Source of the DNA: Clostridia bacterium
Lineage (GTDB): Bacteria; Bacillota; Clostridia; Oscillospirales; CAG-272
DNA length: 64,000 nt
Direction: 5' to 3'
Assembly (NCBI GenBank): GCA_017411745.1
Contig: JAFQPM010000016.1
Span: 19,120 to 83,119 of the forward strand
Shown here: positions 62,061-64,000 of the stretch, piece by piece
How positions within the stretch are numbered: position 1 is the stretch's first letter
How the letters are laid out: the number at the start of each line of letters is the position of its first letter
Translations under genes and position numbers: made by a program
The notes under the pieces: generated by a model
What the model saw: the letters and a program-made list of their open reading frames with translations, nothing else
Databases searched by the model: none
What the model was told of the DNA's origin: nothing

Positions 62061-63793
62061 TATTTTTCACCTCCCTTGAACTGCGAATCGTAGATCTCTT
62101 TATACACCGAGCAAGTGTCGAGGAGCTCCTCGTGCTTTCCGATACCGACCACTGCGCCGTCGTCGAGCACTATTATCTTATCGGCATGGCTTATAGACGA
62201 GGTTCTTTGGGAGATAATGAATACCGTGGGGGTGTTCTTGAGTTCTTTTATCGAGTGGCGAAGTCTTGCCTCAGTCGCGAAATCAAGCGCGGATGCGCTA
62301 TCGTCAAATATGAGAATGGGCGCATTTTTGACTATCGCACGAGCTATCGTGAGTCTTTGGCGCTGACCGCCCGAGAAGTTTCTACCAAACTGCGTGACCT
62401 CTGCGTCAAGCCCTCCGTCCTTTTCGGCAACGAAGTCTGCCGCCTGGGCTACTTTGAGAGCGTAGTTGAGCTCATCGTCATCTGCATTTTCATTTCCCCA
62501 CAAGAGATTTGAACGGATAGTGCCCTTGAACAGAACCGCCTTCTGCGGAACTACAGAAACGCTTTCTCGCAGAGCTTCAAGCTCGTATTCCTTGACGTTT
62601 TTGCCAAATACGAGGACTTCTCCCTTGCTTGCATCGTAGAAACGCGGAATCATATTTACAAGAGAGGTCTTTCCCGAGCCCGTGCCGCCGATGATTCCGA
62701 CGGTCTCGCCGCACTTTACGGTAAAGCTGATATTTTCAAGCGTGTTTTCACCCTCTCCGCTGTAATTGAGGGCGACGTTTCTGAATTCGACCGCAACGGA
62801 GGCATCGGAATTCTCTTTAGAGTTGCTTTGCTCTACGGTCATACCGACGGGAGTTTCGAGCACCGATTCTATTCTGTGTGCACAGGCGGTCGCCTTGGTC
62901 ATCAGAACTATAGTATTCGCAAGCTTTACGAGCTCGACGAGTATTTGCGACATATAGTTATACATTGCAAAGAGGTCGCCCTGACTCATATTGCCCGAAT
63001 TTATCTCTGCAGACGAAAGATACACAACGGCAACGACTCCGAGGTTTATGATAACGTAGGTCATCGGGTTCATCAGCGCGGTGATCTTACCGACGAAATT
63101 CTGAACGTCGGTGTGCTCGTGATTTGCTTCGCTGAATGCCTTTTTCTCACTCTCCTCTTTGTTGAACGCTCGGATAACGCGAACACCGCCGAGATTTTCG
63201 CGTGTAAGAGATGTGACCTTGTCGAGTCTGCTCTGAACCTTCTTATAAAGCGGTATGCCTGCAAGGATTATACTGAATACTACGACAGCCAAAGCAGGAA
63301 TAACTATTGCAAATATCGGCGCGACCCTATTGTTCTTATCGATGATAAACGCCATTATCATTGCGCCGAAAACGATTATGGGAGAACGCAAAAACAGACG
63401 CAAAGCCATATTTACTCCCGATTGGACCTGATTTACGTCGCTCGTCATTCTTGTTATCAGAGAGGAGCGTCCGATCTTGTCAGAATTTGAGTAGGAAAGT
63501 CCTTGTATATGTGCAAAAAGATCGTGGCGAAGCCCCGTAGACGTGCCGACCGCCGCCTTTGCTGCAAAGTATTGCGCGATTATCGTACAGGTCAGTCCTA
63601 TAACTCCAAGCGCAACGAGTACAAGGCACCCCGACACTATGTAGCTCGTATCGTTATTTTTAATGCCCACGTCCATTATCATCTTTACAACGATAGGCAC
63701 GAAAAGGTCAAAGCACGCCTCAAGCAACTTGAAAAGCGGTGCCATGACGCACTCGAGCTTATATTTTTTCAGATATTTTAAAACGAGTTTCAT
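62060..63793 (-). CDS. ABC exporter, fused permease/ATPase (heterodimer partner)
   Basis: GGTGSGKTS, FSGGQRQRLTIARA and LIFDDSASALD. The stop overlaps the partner's start (TAATG). The start is set at MKLVLKYL (63793) after GGGAG. Confidence 0.9.
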   Translation of the reverse strand: MKLVLKYLKKYKLECVMAPLFKLLEACFDLFVPIVVKMIMDVGIKNNDTSYIVSGCLVLVALGVIGLTCTIIAQYFAAKAAVGTSTGLRHDLFAHIQGLSYSNSDKIGRSSLITRMTSDVNQVQSGVNMALRLFLRSPIIVFGAMIMAFIIDKNNRVAPIFAIVIPALAVVVFSIILAGIPLYKKVQSRLDKVTSLTRENLGGVRVIRAFNKEESEKKAFSEANHEHTDVQNFVGKITALMNPMTYVIINLGVVAVVYLSSAEINSGNMSQGDLFAMYNYMSQILVELVKLANTIVLMTKATACAHRIESVLETPVGMTVEQSNSKENSDASVAVEFRNVALNYSGEGENTLENISFTVKCGETVGIIGGTGSGKTSLVNMIPRFYDASKGEVLVFGKNVKEYELEALRESVSVVPQKAVLFKGTIRSNLLWGNENADDDELNYALKVAQAADFVAEKDGGLDAEVTQFGRNFSGGQRQRLTIARAIVKNAPILIFDDSASALDFATEARLRHSIKELKNTPTVFIISQRTSSISHADKIIVLDDGAVVGIGKHEELLDTCSVYKEIYDSQFKGGEK

Positions 63794-64000
63794 TGATTGC
63801 TCCCATATCTTGTTTATCCTTATAATTATATCATCTTTTGTCTGTAATTGCAAGAGGCAAAGCAAAAATTGCACTTTATTTGGATTTACACGGAATATTC
63901 ACGAAAAAATCTTTAAAAAATCATATAAATAGGCGACAGGAAAGCATAACATTAACAATTACTTAACATTATTGTGTTAGAATACAGGATGTATTTTTAT

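Noticed and set aside
1-64000. Scan for CRISPR repeats, IS/transposase or integrase genes, prophage modules, toxin-antitoxin pairs, tRNA/rRNA genes and classic defence genes (restriction-modification, Cas, CBASS, retrons and similar).
   Set aside because: Nothing of these kinds was recognised. There are no regularly spaced direct repeats and no recombinase-like ORFs, and every large ORF is accounted for by the annotations above. This was a by-eye scan, so small structured RNAs could have been missed.

Overview
The window looks like core chromosome of a strictly anaerobic Firmicute. The gene repertoire suggests class Clostridia: Rnf complex, class III ribonucleotide reductase, YlmC/YmxH, ECF transporter module, YfhO, and DUF4091/DUF5711-type proteins. 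This resembles an Oscillospiraceae/Ruminococcaceae-type gut organism, but that placement is inference only because no search was run. I call 52 protein-coding genes, almost all from conserved motifs read directly in the supplied translations. I also call sigma-A-type promoters (six with perfect TTGACA and TATAAT hexamers, three with a near-consensus -35), a set of three NrdR operators, and about 15 intrinsic-terminator hairpins. I recognised no rRNA, tRNA, CRISPR array, transposase, integrase or phage gene, so this is not an obvious mobile or defence island.

Gene order, left to right:
- mnmA (5'-truncated at the window edge), then a TPR plus NTase/DUF4037 pair.
- Kef-type antiporter, mgtC-like, rmuC.
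- An operon of THUMP methyltransferase, rsmA, a GH25 lipoprotein and a 1444-aa lipoprotein.
- typA, DUF4091, and an orphan sigma factor with a 380-aa extension.
- A minus-strand redox/dNTP block: lexA, FtsX/ABC, nrdG, nrdD, trxB-like, sufC, sufB/D, FTR-like, trxA.
- pck, an orphan TIM-barrel-like gene, and rnfCDGEAB.
- pcp, tadA, tsf, rpsB, ylmC.
- A very long minus-strand operon: ruvC, methyltransferase, ecfA1A2T, truA, DUF5711-like, cvpA, clpC-like, degenerate P-type ATPase.
- DUF951, yfhO, ruvAB, and two ABC exporter genes.

The candidates most worth follow-up:
1. The anaerobic RNR NrdD carries a C-terminal thioredoxin-fold CPNC domain. It sits beside a TrxB-like flavoprotein that lacks the NADPH HRR motif, a 65-aa protein resembling the ferredoxin:thioredoxin-reductase catalytic subunit, trxA and sufCB. 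This suggests a ferredoxin/thiol-driven class III RNR system.
2. A P-type ATPase homologue has every catalytic signature mutated. It is tightly coupled to a ClpC-type unfoldase whose N-domain is replaced by a ClpX-like zinc ribbon.
3. lexA is co-transcribed with an FtsX/ABC pair and nrdG.

All family assignments rest on motif recognition by eye. No alignments, HMM searches or structure predictions were run.
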